From the NCBI RefSeq assembly GCF_000734015.1, contig NZ_CP008796.1, forward strand, positions 450,001 to 482,000: 32,000 nt of DNA, written 5' to 3'. Both the position numbers and the translations under genes were made by a program. Positions 1 to 7,572 of this stretch are shown piece after piece. The stretch comes from Thermodesulfobacterium commune DSM 2178. Lineage in GTDB: Bacteria > Desulfobacterota > Thermodesulfobacteria > Thermodesulfobacteriales > Thermodesulfobacteriaceae. The first letter of the stretch is position 1. Each line of letters begins with the position of its first letter. Below the pieces are notes generated by a model. It saw nothing but the letters and a program-made list of their open reading frames with translations, was not told the origin of the DNA and did not search any database.

Positions 1-216
1 GCCAAGCTGGGTGAGAAGTTCTAAAGTTCGGTATACAGTAGCCAGACCTATACCAGGTAATACTTCTTTTAGCTTCCAGAAAATTTCTTCGGCTGTAAGA
101 TGGCCTTCTGTTTGACTGAGAAGTTTAATTAAGGCTTCTCTTGCCTGAGTTTTTCTTAAACCACATTCTTTAAACCCATGTTTTTTCCAACACCATCCAC
201 CATGTCTCATAATCAT
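1..216 (-). CDS. Fur-family (Fur/Zur/PerR) transcriptional regulator, partial (C-terminus beyond window edge)
   Basis: Absent from the ORF track because it runs off the edge. Reverse-strand translation from ATG at 216 gives MIMRHGGWCWKKHGFKECGLRKTQAREALIKLLSQTEGHLTAEEIFWKLKEVLPGIGLATVYRTLELLTQLG. The LRxTxxRxxIL..., EI... and ATVYRTL pattern is the winged-helix N-terminal half of Fur-family proteins. An alternative in-frame ATG lies at 210. Confidence 0.75.
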   Translation of the reverse strand, partial: MIMRHGGWCWKKHGFKECGLRKTQAREALIKLLSQTEGHLTAEEIFWKLKEVLPGIGLATVYRTLELLTQLG

Positions 217-235
217 TTAATTAAACAAAACTTTC

Positions 236-922
236 TTAAAAATGCAACTCTATTTTCTGATATTCTTGATTAAGGAGATCTATGTATAAAAGTTTCTTGG
301 AAAGAGGCTCTCCTTTGTTTAAGATTACCTTTAATACCTCACACACCTGAATCCCAGCTATCACAGCAGGAGAAAAAGAAGGGGTCCCTAATTCTTTTTC
401 TATTCCTTCTTTATGATTTTTGTAGACCATAGATAAAGTTCTATCTCCTGGCAAAACGGTTGTAACCTGACCATACCATCCTGCTACCGCACCATGTATC
501 AGAGGTATTTTTAGTTCTTCACACACACTTTCAAGAAGGATTCTATGGGGGATGCTATCAAGGGCATCCACCACTACCTCATGACCAGAAACCACCTCTT
601 TTGCGTTTTTTTCCTCTATTCTGGTTAAAATAGGGTTTACTACTACATCAGGATTAACCTCTAAAATTCGTTCTTTAGCTACCAAAGCCTTTTTTTTCCC
701 AAGAGTATTAACTGTACTAAAAAGCTGTCTATTTAGGTTGGTTTCTTCAAAGACCTCATCATCAACCACAGTTATCCATCCTATACCAAGTCTTGCAAGC
801 ATTTCAACCACATATCCACCAAGGCCTCCACATCCAGCAACCAACACCTTAGTTTTTTTTAATCTTTCTTGATCCTCTAAGGAAAGCATTTTAAAGTTTC
901 TTAAATATCTTTTTGCTATCAA
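236..922 (-). CDS. ThiF/MoeB/HesA-family E1-like adenylyltransferase
   Basis: Nucleotide-binding motif VLVAGCGGLGGYVVEMLARLGIGWITVVDDEVFEETNLNRQL is typical of ThiF/MoeB. TTG start at 922 with GGAGGAGG 8-9 nt upstream, inside the preceding gene. No CxxC zinc motifs and no rhodanese domain. Confidence 0.85.
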   Translation of the reverse strand: MIAKRYLRNFKMLSLEDQERLKKTKVLVAGCGGLGGYVVEMLARLGIGWITVVDDEVFEETNLNRQLFSTVNTLGKKKALVAKERILEVNPDVVVNPILTRIEEKNAKEVVSGHEVVVDALDSIPHRILLESVCEELKIPLIHGAVAGWYGQVTTVLPGDRTLSMVYKNHKEGIEKELGTPSFSPAVIAGIQVCEVLKVILNKGEPLSKKLLYIDLLNQEYQKIELHF

Positions 923-925
923 GGA

Positions 926-1147
926 TTAACCTCCTCCAACCGGTGGAAAAATGGCAATAACATCACCGTCAGAAAGCGGTTCGTCTAAGGAGTAATCTCT
1001 TCCGTTGACCAAAAATATGGCTACCTGTTTTTCTGGGATGTTAAGTTTTTCAAGGATAAATCTCCCGTTTATACCTGGAAAAAATTTAAAGTCAATTTCA
1101 TTTGCTCTTCCTTCTCTTAAGGTGGCAAAAAGTTTAACCTTTATCAT
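926..1147 (-). CDS. MoaD/ThiS-family ubiquitin-fold sulfur-carrier protein (C-terminal GG)
   Basis: 73 aa, MIKVKLFATLRE...DGDVIAIFPPVGGG. The size, beta-grasp-like pattern and C-terminal Gly-Gly are typical of MoaD/ThiS. I prefer the ATG at 1147 (AGGAGG upstream) over the ORF-track start at 1210, which would overlap the upstream gene. Confidence 0.8.
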   Translation of the reverse strand: MIKVKLFATLREGRANEIDFKFFPGINGRFILEKLNIPEKQVAIFLVNGRDYSLDEPLSDGDVIAIFPPVGGG

Positions 1148-1166
1148 GTTTAAACCTCCTGCAATT

Positions 1167-2204
1167 TTAAGGACATAGGGCAAAACCTCTGCTCCACAAA
1201 CAGTCTCCACAGGAAGGCATCAAGGCATAACAATCGCACTCAGAGGTTTTTACCAGTTCACAGCCATCTACCAGATCACAATCGATACAAGAGGGGTATC
1301 TGTTTGCATAGATTCTATAGTAAAAATCTCTATATTGAGGACTTTGAAAAATTTCTTTTAAACTTTTTTCTCTTAAGTCTCCAAAGGGATGTTTGTATAT
1401 ACGTTTTTTCCTACCAAAAACGTATTCTGTCATGTTATGAGAAAACCGGTAGCAAGGATAAACCTTGCCGTCTGACCCTACTACCAAAGCTTTTTCCTCG
1501 ATAAAAGGACAATATCTTTCAGTCTTAAGCTCAACCTTAGGCAAAACCAATTTTAACCCACTCCTTAAAGCATAAAGTTTAACCTTTTCAAACAGATCCT
1601 TGAGTTCTTGGTTAAGGTACTTTTTATAGAGTATATTATCTTTATTGCTTTCTACCTGAGGCACAAGCTGAGAAATGATAAGTTGATAGGCTTTTATTTC
1701 ATCACAAAGGTCTATCATCTTAAGAAGTTCTTCTTGGTTTTCTTTGGATAACACAAATTCTACCAATAAAAAGGGGTATTCAGACCTGAGTTCTTGCTTA
1801 ATCTTATTTAGGTTTTTAAGGTTTTCTATCAGATGGGTTAAGGGATATCCTCGTATCTTTTCGTAAGCTTCAAAACTACCGTCGATAGAGACCACCAATT
1901 TTTTTATTTTAGTAGCAACTATTTCTAACAGGTCATCTTTTAACAGACTTCCGTTGGTAGTTAGCGTAAGATTAAACTTAGAAAACAGCTCGATCGTCTC
2001 GTTTATATAAGGATAGAATAGAGGTTCTCCTATACCCCCTAAGACTATTTCTTTTAAATCTATATCTTTTATTTCCTTATAAATTTTTTCTAAAAGAAAA
2101 AAATCCAAATCTTGTAAGGTTTCTTCCCAGCCATGACGATAACAGATTTTGCAATTAAGGTTACATCTGTTGGTAAGTTCTAAGTATAGTTTTTCAAAAA
2201 TCAA
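1167..2204 (-). CDS. Radical SAM / SPASM-domain enzyme, AOR-associated (putative tungsten-cofactor oxidoreductase maturase)
   Basis: CNLNCKIC (CxxxCxxC) at residues 14-21, and a Cys-rich C-terminal SPASM-like region (CPF...PCYRF...CIDCDLVDGCE...CDC...CGDC...CP). TTG start with AGGAGG upstream. Lies directly downstream of AOR. Confidence 0.8.
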   Translation of the reverse strand: MIFEKLYLELTNRCNLNCKICYRHGWEETLQDLDFFLLEKIYKEIKDIDLKEIVLGGIGEPLFYPYINETIELFSKFNLTLTTNGSLLKDDLLEIVATKIKKLVVSIDGSFEAYEKIRGYPLTHLIENLKNLNKIKQELRSEYPFLLVEFVLSKENQEELLKMIDLCDEIKAYQLIISQLVPQVESNKDNILYKKYLNQELKDLFEKVKLYALRSGLKLVLPKVELKTERYCPFIEEKALVVGSDGKVYPCYRFSHNMTEYVFGRKKRIYKHPFGDLREKSLKEIFQSPQYRDFYYRIYANRYPSCIDCDLVDGCELVKTSECDCYALMPSCGDCLWSRGFALCP

Positions 2205-2247
2205 GAAATACCTCCTATATAAGGAATGTTGGGAAAGGATCGATCGT

Positions 2248-2288
2248 TAAAAAGGGCTTCGGTAAATTTTTACCGAAGCCCTTTTTTA
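2248..2288 (-). terminator. Rho-independent terminator or attenuator hairpin downstream of aor
   Basis: Perfect 11-bp stem GGGCTTCGGTA (2254-2264) / TACCGAAGCCC (2271-2281), flanked by A/T runs on both sides. On the minus-strand transcript it is followed by UUUUU. Confidence 0.6.
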
Positions 2289-2313
2289 TTTCTACAGCTA
2301 ACTCTTTTAATTC

Positions 2314-4113
2314 TTAGATTTCTAATCTTTTTAGGGTTTCTTCCTTAGGATAACCTTTTTCGTCCCAACCTCTTACCTCGTAGTATTTAGGTAACAGCTC
2401 TGAAAGCTTATGTACTGCACCTTTTGAAGGGCCTTCAGGGATTGGTTCTTCAAGCAACCTCTTGGGAAGGGTATCTTGAGATGGGTCTATACCGGCTTTT
2501 AGGTTAAATAGTCTTTCTAAATTATAGATTCTTTCTCCTGCAGCAAGAAGGGTTTCTTCTGTGTAGTCAGTACCACAAACGGCATTCATAAGGTCTACAT
2601 AGTCTTTAAGCCCTAAAGCAAAAGAGGTGAAAAGGCACATCCCAAGAGAATCTATAACTGCAGTCAGGTCCTGGAAAATTTTTGCCCATTCAGCTTTGCC
2701 TTCTGTAGAGAACCTGTCAAGTTTTTGAGGAATACCTAAAATTTCAGCAGAGATAAGGTATCCTCTCACATGGCATCCACCTCTGTTGGCTGTGGCATAA
2801 ACCAAACCATGTCCTTGAACCCCTCTTGGGTCATAGGCAGGTAATTCTTGTTTTTTAACACTCATAGAAAGGTCGGGAGCACCGTAGGCCTCGCACAACC
2901 TGTAAGAACCTTCTGCCAATTTATCTCCTAATCCTTCTCTTTTTCCTATCTTTATCGTCCAGCCTACGATTGCTTCTGGGTCTCCAAACTTAAGAGATAA
3001 TCCATCTTTAGCTATCTCATCGTCTTTGATGTATCCTTTTTGATAAAGTTCCATAGCAGCTGCTATGGTAGCACCTGTAGAGATGGTGTCTAACCCATAC
3101 TGATTACACCAGTAGTTAGCCTCAGAAATAGCATTTAAGTCATAAACCTCACAGTTGGCTCCATAAGACCATACAGTTTCATACTCAGGCCCACCAACCT
3201 CTTTTCCGTCTTTTAACCTTACCACCCTTCCACAGGCTATAGGACATCTAAAACAGGCATGTTTTTTAGTTAAAATAGTTTTAGCCATGGTTTCTCCACT
3301 TATCTTATCAGCCTCAGGGGTATAGGCTTTTTGAAAGTTAGCCACAGGAAAGATACCATGTTCGTTTATTATGTTTACCAAGATGGCTGTTCCGTAGGCA
3401 GGAAGTCCTTCTCCAGTTACAGGGTTTTCACGAATGATTTTTATCTTGCTTGCTACTACATCTTTTACTTTTTGTTCGTCAGCCACAGAAACACCCTTAC
3501 TACCTTTGGCTACTATAGCTTTTACGTTTTTAGACCCCATAACAGCACCCACTCCAGACCTTCCTGCTGCTCTATCATAATCGTTCATCACCGCAGCGAT
3601 CCTTACTAATTTTTCCCCTGCTGGTCCTATCGCAAGGACTTTGGCCTTATCTCCATATTCTTGTTTTAAAAGGTCGGTAGTTTCATAAACTAACTTTCCC
3701 CAGAGATGGGTAGCATCCTTTATCTCAACCTTATCGTCTTCTATGGTGATATAGACTGGTTTGGGAGCTTTACCTTCAAGGATTATCATGTCATAACCAG
3801 CAGCTTTAAGTTCAGCACCAAAAAAACCTCCGGAGTTAGAACAAGCTATGGCCCCTGTCAGAGGAGATTTAGTAACCACCATATATCTTCCACCTGTAGG
3901 GACAGAGGTACCGGTAAGAGGACCTGTAGTAATTATCAACTTGTTTTCAGGGCTAAAGGGGTCTACTTTAGGGTCTATTTCCTCATATAAATACTTACTC
4001 GCAAGCCCTCTTCCTCCAATATACTTCTTAGCCCATTCAGCATTTAAATCTTCAACCTTAATGGTTTGATTGGTGAGGTTAATTCTTAAAATTTTCCCAG
4101 CATACCCGTACAT
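2314..4113 (-). CDS. aor: Tungsten-containing aldehyde:ferredoxin oxidoreductase (AOR family)
   Basis: 599 aa. Colinear end to end with what I recall of Pyrococcus AOR: MYG..G...R.NL, GGRGL, PLTGT..PTGGRY.VVTKSPLTG, GAVMGSKN.KAI, GPEYE, LGLDTIS, ELPAYDPRG..GHGL.YAT.NRGGCH, LFNLKAG. Confidence 0.95.
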   Translation of the reverse strand: MYGYAGKILRINLTNQTIKVEDLNAEWAKKYIGGRGLASKYLYEEIDPKVDPFSPENKLIITTGPLTGTSVPTGGRYMVVTKSPLTGAIACSNSGGFFGAELKAAGYDMIILEGKAPKPVYITIEDDKVEIKDATHLWGKLVYETTDLLKQEYGDKAKVLAIGPAGEKLVRIAAVMNDYDRAAGRSGVGAVMGSKNVKAIVAKGSKGVSVADEQKVKDVVASKIKIIRENPVTGEGLPAYGTAILVNIINEHGIFPVANFQKAYTPEADKISGETMAKTILTKKHACFRCPIACGRVVRLKDGKEVGGPEYETVWSYGANCEVYDLNAISEANYWCNQYGLDTISTGATIAAAMELYQKGYIKDDEIAKDGLSLKFGDPEAIVGWTIKIGKREGLGDKLAEGSYRLCEAYGAPDLSMSVKKQELPAYDPRGVQGHGLVYATANRGGCHVRGYLISAEILGIPQKLDRFSTEGKAEWAKIFQDLTAVIDSLGMCLFTSFALGLKDYVDLMNAVCGTDYTEETLLAAGERIYNLERLFNLKAGIDPSQDTLPKRLLEEPIPEGPSKGAVHKLSELLPKYYEVRGWDEKGYPKEETLKRLEI

Positions 4114-4166
4114 AGCACACCTCCTATTTTTGATATGTTTGTACTTACTTACCTTTTTTAATTAAG

Positions 4167-4195
4167 TTTATATAGAATTTTTTATAAAAAGTCAA
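4167..4195 (-). promoter_or_regulatory. Candidate sigma70-type promoter for aor
   Basis: On the minus strand, TTGACT (4195-4190), a 17-nt spacer, then TATAAA (4172-4167), about 55 nt upstream of the aor ATG. Confidence 0.4.
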
Positions 4196-4535
4196 GCCTA
4201 TTTTTGTGTGTTGTAAGTCCAAAATTAAAATGTTAGATATTATTTTAAAGTTTAAATGCCGCAAAATTATAATTAATTTTCTTCTTTTTGATTAAAAGTT
4301 TTTTATTCTGAAAAAATAATAATTTTTATGGAAAAAATTTATACTCACTAATGTATCTCCTACCGTCAAACTATTCATCTAAAGAAAAAAATTAGAGGGG
4401 TATAGAAATAGTTCGTGTAGCAAAGATGTTAGATATACAGAGGTTGAGAAAGAAAGTAAATCAATTAAGTGTGAGTGTGAAGGAGAGATTTTCAGATTAG
4501 CTTTTGGGATAACGGTAATACCTTATTACGCTGGA

Positions 4536-4568
4536 AAGAGGGAGGCAATTTAAAACTGCCTCCCTCTT
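4536..4568 (-). terminator. GC-rich hairpin immediately downstream of cydB (candidate terminator)
   Basis: 12-bp perfect stem AAGAGGGAGGCA (4536-4547) / TGCCTCCCTCTT (4557-4568), 8 nt after the cydB stop. There is no clear U-tract on either strand, so confidence is moderate. Confidence 0.4.
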
Positions 4569-4575
4569 GTTAAAA

Positions 4576-5595
4576 CTAAATTTCTTTAGAGGAAATTTTA
4601 AAACTAAAGGTTTTATAAGCCCAAAAAGTATAAGCCAGTACTATGGGGACAAAAATCAGGGCTACTATCGTCATGATTTGAAGGGTGAGAAGGCTTGAAG
4701 AGCTGTTATAGATGGTTAGGTTCCAGGCAGGATTAAGAGAAGAGGGGAGCATGTTGGGGAAAAGGCCAGCAAAACCCCAAGCAGAAAAACCCGAGATACC
4801 TACAGCTGAAGCTAAAAAAGCCCCTAAGAAGTTTTTCTTGATTAAAAAGGGAAATATCATTAAAAAACCTGCTAAGGATAATACAGGGAAGACTAAAAGT
4901 AAAGGACAGTTAAAGTAATTTTGCCAGAGGTTGGTTGAAAGATAGGCACCAAAAAAGAATAGTCCAGCCAATATCAGAGTGACAGCCGTAAACTTTTTAG
5001 AAAGAGTAGCTGCCTTTTCTGATAGCTCTCCGTTTGTTTTAAAGGCTATCCAATTACAACCATGAGCAGCAAAACAAAACACAAAAAGAATTCCTCCTAA
5101 AATTCCAAAAGGATTAAGTAAGGTAAAGAGAGAGCCGTGATATATACCCTTTTCATCTATAGGTATACCCTGAAAAATGTTGGCAAAGGCTACCCCAAGA
5201 AGAAAAGGTGGCAATATACTTCCCAAGAAAAACCCTAAATCCCATAAGGTTTTCCAGAGAGGTTTGTCGTATTTATTGCGGTATTCTATAGAAACACCTC
5301 TAAGGATAAGAGAAAATAGCAATAAAAGTAGGGCTGAATAAAGGGAGCTAAACATAACGGCATAGGTTTTAGGAAAGGCTGCAAAGGTAGCCCCTCCTGC
5401 GGTGATTAACCAGACTTCATTCCCGTCCCAAAAAGGACCAAGGGCCTGGTAAATAGCCTTTTTTTCTTCTTCTTTCTTACCGAGAAGATAGAAGGCTGAG
5501 CCTGCTCCAAGGTCAAATCCGTCTAAAACAAAATATCCTGTCCAAAGTACAGCCCAGAGAACAAACCATATTATTTGGTAAATGTTGCCTTCCAT
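4576..5595 (-). CDS. cydB: Cytochrome bd ubiquinol/menaquinol oxidase subunit II
   Basis: 339-aa polytopic membrane protein directly downstream of cydA. The N-terminus (WF.LW..LW.GYF.LDGFDLG) is typical of CydB. Confidence 0.9.
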   Translation of the reverse strand: MEGNIYQIIWFVLWAVLWTGYFVLDGFDLGAGSAFYLLGKKEEEKKAIYQALGPFWDGNEVWLITAGGATFAAFPKTYAVMFSSLYSALLLLLFSLILRGVSIEYRNKYDKPLWKTLWDLGFFLGSILPPFLLGVAFANIFQGIPIDEKGIYHGSLFTLLNPFGILGGILFVFCFAAHGCNWIAFKTNGELSEKAATLSKKFTAVTLILAGLFFFGAYLSTNLWQNYFNCPLLLVFPVLSLAGFLMIFPFLIKKNFLGAFLASAVGISGFSAWGFAGLFPNMLPSSLNPAWNLTIYNSSSSLLTLQIMTIVALIFVPIVLAYTFWAYKTFSFKISSKEI

Positions 5596-5625
5596 TTTTT
5601 CACCCCCTTATTTTAAATTTTTATT

Positions 5626-6951
5626 TTAATATCCCAAGGTTTTTACCGCTTCTTTTTCAGGTCCTTTAATCGCAGTTTTAATGATTAACCAAAAGCACAC
5701 AAAACCTAAAATTCCATACACTATGATAAAGGCCGGAAAAGAAATAGCTACCTGACTGACAGAAAGAGGGGATACTGCGTCTTTAGTTTTCATAAGCCCA
5801 TAAACTATCCAGGGTTGTCTTCCTACCTCAGCTACAATCCATCCAAGCTGACAAGCGATATAAGGTAAGGGTATGTTTACTATAAGTAGTCTTAAAAGGA
5901 GAGGGCAGTTTTCTGGACTGTTTCTTCTTATACAAGCCCATAGACCAAGAAAGAGAAAGAGAAAACCAAGGCCAACCATAAGCCTAAAACTCCAGAAGTT
6001 TAGGGCTACAGGAGGTCTTTCTTCTTTAGGCCATTCCTTAAGGCCTTTTACCTCTGCGTTAAAGTTGTGATAAGCAAGTAAACTTACCATCCCTGGAATT
6101 TTAAAAGTTTCTACCACGTTTCGTTCATTTTTTTCATCAGGTATAAGTAAAAGCGCAAAATCAGCACCTTTTTTGGTTTCCCAAAGAGCTTCCATCGCCG
6201 CTAATTTGGTAGGCTGAGTTTTAGCTACTATAGCCCCATGATGATGCCCAAGCACCACCACTATAATAGCCCAAACTAAAGTCCAAATAGCTGCTATTCT
6301 AAAAGATTTTTTAAAGAAGGTTACCTCTCTTTTCTTAAGAAGGTGATAACCACACACACCTAAAACAAAAAAGCCGCCAAGGGTAAAACTTGCTGGGACT
6401 ACATGGAAAAACTGAGACCAGCCAAAGGGATTAGTTAAAAGGGCCCAAAAGTCAGTAAGTTCTGCCCTTCCATTTCTTATCTCAAAACCTACAGGGTTTT
6501 GCATCCAGCCGTTGGCAAGTAAAATCCAAAGCGCGGAAATGGTTGAGGCGATAGCTGTTAACCAAATGGCAGTGGTGGTAACCTTAGGACTAAGCCTATC
6601 CCAGCCAAACCACCACACCGCGATAAAAGTAGACTCAAGGAAAAAAGCTAAGGTAGCCTCTATAGCCAAAAGAGGTCCAAAAACATCCCCTACGTATTCA
6701 GAATAATAACGCCAGTTGGTTCCAAACTGAAACTCAAGGGTTATTCCTGTAACTACACCTAACCCAAAGTTGATTAGAAAAATTTTACCCCAGAACCTGG
6801 CAGCCCGCTTAAAATCTTCATCTCCAGTCTTAAGCCATAGGGTTTGATAGATAGCAGTCAAAAAAGAAAGACCTAATGTAAGGGGTACAAACAAAAAATG
6901 AAAAATGGCTGCTGCTGCAAACTGAAGCCTTGACAACCATAATACATCCAT
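5626..6951 (-). CDS. cydA: Cytochrome bd oxidase subunit I (short Q-loop type)
   Basis: 441 aa. LSRLQFA....FHF.FVP.T.GL, GVVTG...EFQFGTNW and GWIVAEVGRQPW motifs are typical of CydA. Confidence 0.92.
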   Translation of the reverse strand: MDVLWLSRLQFAAAAIFHFLFVPLTLGLSFLTAIYQTLWLKTGDEDFKRAARFWGKIFLINFGLGVVTGITLEFQFGTNWRYYSEYVGDVFGPLLAIEATLAFFLESTFIAVWWFGWDRLSPKVTTTAIWLTAIASTISALWILLANGWMQNPVGFEIRNGRAELTDFWALLTNPFGWSQFFHVVPASFTLGGFFVLGVCGYHLLKKREVTFFKKSFRIAAIWTLVWAIIVVVLGHHHGAIVAKTQPTKLAAMEALWETKKGADFALLLIPDEKNERNVVETFKIPGMVSLLAYHNFNAEVKGLKEWPKEERPPVALNFWSFRLMVGLGFLFLFLGLWACIRRNSPENCPLLLRLLIVNIPLPYIACQLGWIVAEVGRQPWIVYGLMKTKDAVSPLSVSQVAISFPAFIIVYGILGFVCFWLIIKTAIKGPEKEAVKTLGY

Positions 6952-6975
6952 AAAGCCCCCCTTTAGTTTTTATGT

Positions 6976-7410
6976 TTACTCTTTTTTAAGGGCTAATATT
7001 TCTGCCTCTGCAAGTTTATCAAAGGTGTAAGAAGAAAGTTTTTCTCTAAAACACTCGTTTATCTCATGCAGTACCTTGTTTACCGGACAAAATTCGATTC
7101 TTTTACATTGTTCCTTTTTGATAAAACACCTAGTAAAGGTAATAGGGCCTTCAAACGCTTCGACTACCTCTAACAAAGAAATCTGTGAGGGTTTTTTTAA
7201 CAACTGATACCCACCGGTTTTACCTCTTTTTATGGTTAAAATTCCTGCCTTTTCTAAAAACTGAGCAATCTTGGCTAAAAAAGCCTTAGGTATTCCCATC
7301 GTCCGACAAATCTCTTCTCGAGAGGCGATCGTTTTTCCTTGATATAAATAGATACAAGACAGATAAAGAACCATCCTTATTGCATAGTCCTGTGCGGCTG
7401 TAAATTCCAA
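6976..7410 (-). CDS. Rrf2-family transcriptional regulator with three-Cys putative Fe-S ligand motif
   Basis: 144 aa. The N-terminal wHTH (YAIRMVLYLS...REEICRTMGIPKAFLAKIAQFLEKAGILTIKRGKTGGYQL) is typical of Rrf2, and CFIKKEQCKRIEFC gives C-x6-C-x5-C. TTG start at 7410 with GAGGGG upstream. Confidence 0.85.
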   Translation of the reverse strand: MEFTAAQDYAIRMVLYLSCIYLYQGKTIASREEICRTMGIPKAFLAKIAQFLEKAGILTIKRGKTGGYQLLKKPSQISLLEVVEAFEGPITFTRCFIKKEQCKRIEFCPVNKVLHEINECFREKLSSYTFDKLAEAEILALKKE

Positions 7411-7420
7411 AATTCCCCTC

Positions 7421-7447
7421 TTAAGTAGATGTTTTTAGTCTACTTAA
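7421..7447. promoter_or_regulatory. 27-bp palindrome, candidate Rrf2 operator at the rrf2-cydAB transcription start
   Basis: TTAAGTAGA (7421-7429), 9 nt, TCTACTTAA (7439-7447) form perfect 9-bp inverted arms between the predicted -10 and the RBS of the Rrf2 gene. Confidence 0.4.
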
Positions 7448-7452
7448 ATTTT

Positions 7453-7480
7453 ATTTTAAGAAAAATTTTTTTGACGTCAA
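7453..7480 (-). promoter_or_regulatory. Candidate promoter of the rrf2-cydAB operon
   Basis: On the minus strand, TTGACG (7480-7475), 16-nt spacer, TAAAAT (7458-7453). The -35 lies in the 10-bp palindrome TTGACGTCAA (7471-7480). Confidence 0.4.
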
Positions 7481-7517
7481 TACTGATTTTAAAAATTTTA
7501 TCAAAAATTTGGTTAGG

Positions 7518-7546
7518 TTGTGTACATAGAAAAATTATGTTAAAAT
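7518..7546 (+). promoter_or_regulatory. Candidate extended -10 promoter for the sensor gene
   Basis: TTGTGT (7518-7523), 17-nt spacer, TAAAAT (7541-7546), with TGT immediately upstream of the -10 (TGn extended -10). Confidence 0.4.
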
Positions 7547-7572
7547 ACTTGTAAAAAAAATTTTTAGGTGTT

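Noticed and set aside
1148-1210. N-terminal extensions offered by the ORF track for the MoaD-like gene (to 1210), the USP gene (to 18840) and the DUF169-like gene (from 30317)
   Set aside because: The extensions overlap upstream genes or add implausible leaders. Internal ATGs at 1147, 18771 and 30380 are preceded by SD-like sequences (AGGAGG for 1147 and 30380, only a weak AGGA for 18771) and give family-typical N-termini.
1304-1504. Plus-strand 66-aa ORF inside the radical SAM gene
   Set aside because: Antisense shadow ORF with no RBS and no recognisable motif.
3331-4069. Three plus-strand ORFs (3331-3609, 3706-3990, 3848-4069) inside aor
   Set aside because: They are antisense shadow ORFs wholly within a high-confidence AOR gene. 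Their translations are low-complexity and family-less, and no RBS is present.
4230-4500. Two small ORFs (4230-4295, 21 codons; 4426-4500, 24 codons) that both start ATGTTAGATAT (MLDI...)
   Set aside because: The shared 11-mer is roughly what chance would give in 460 nt of AT-rich sequence (my rough estimate is about 0.3 expected). Neither has an SD, and the peptides diverge completely after 4 residues. I keep it only as a note.
4114-4575. Moco/Tuco riboswitch upstream of aor
   Set aside because: The best promoter candidate leaves only a ~50-nt leader. The minus-strand sequence further upstream is pyrimidine-rich or pure A/T, and I could not recognise the multi-stem conserved core. A covariance-model scan would be needed to exclude it formally.
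4500-4575. CydX-like small subunit downstream of cydB
   Set aside because: The only SD-associated reading frame starts at TTG, is 18 codons long (LPPSFQRNKVLPLSQKLI) and is not hydrophobic. CydX-type peptides form a single TM helix.
4712-6706. Plus-strand ORFs 4712-4918, 5873-6070 and 6512-6706 inside cydB and cydA
   Set aside because: They lie antisense to strongly supported membrane-protein genes. Their basic, low-complexity translations are typical of the reverse frame of hydrophobic coding sequence.
7471-7480. TTGACGTCAA palindrome as a CRP/FNR-type site or as a plus-strand -35
   Set aside because: FNR/CRP sites have a 4-6 nt central spacer (TTGAT-N4-ATCAA), and this one is contiguous. 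On the plus strand no acceptable -10 follows at 15-19 nt. It is best explained as the -35 of the minus-strand rrf2 promoter.
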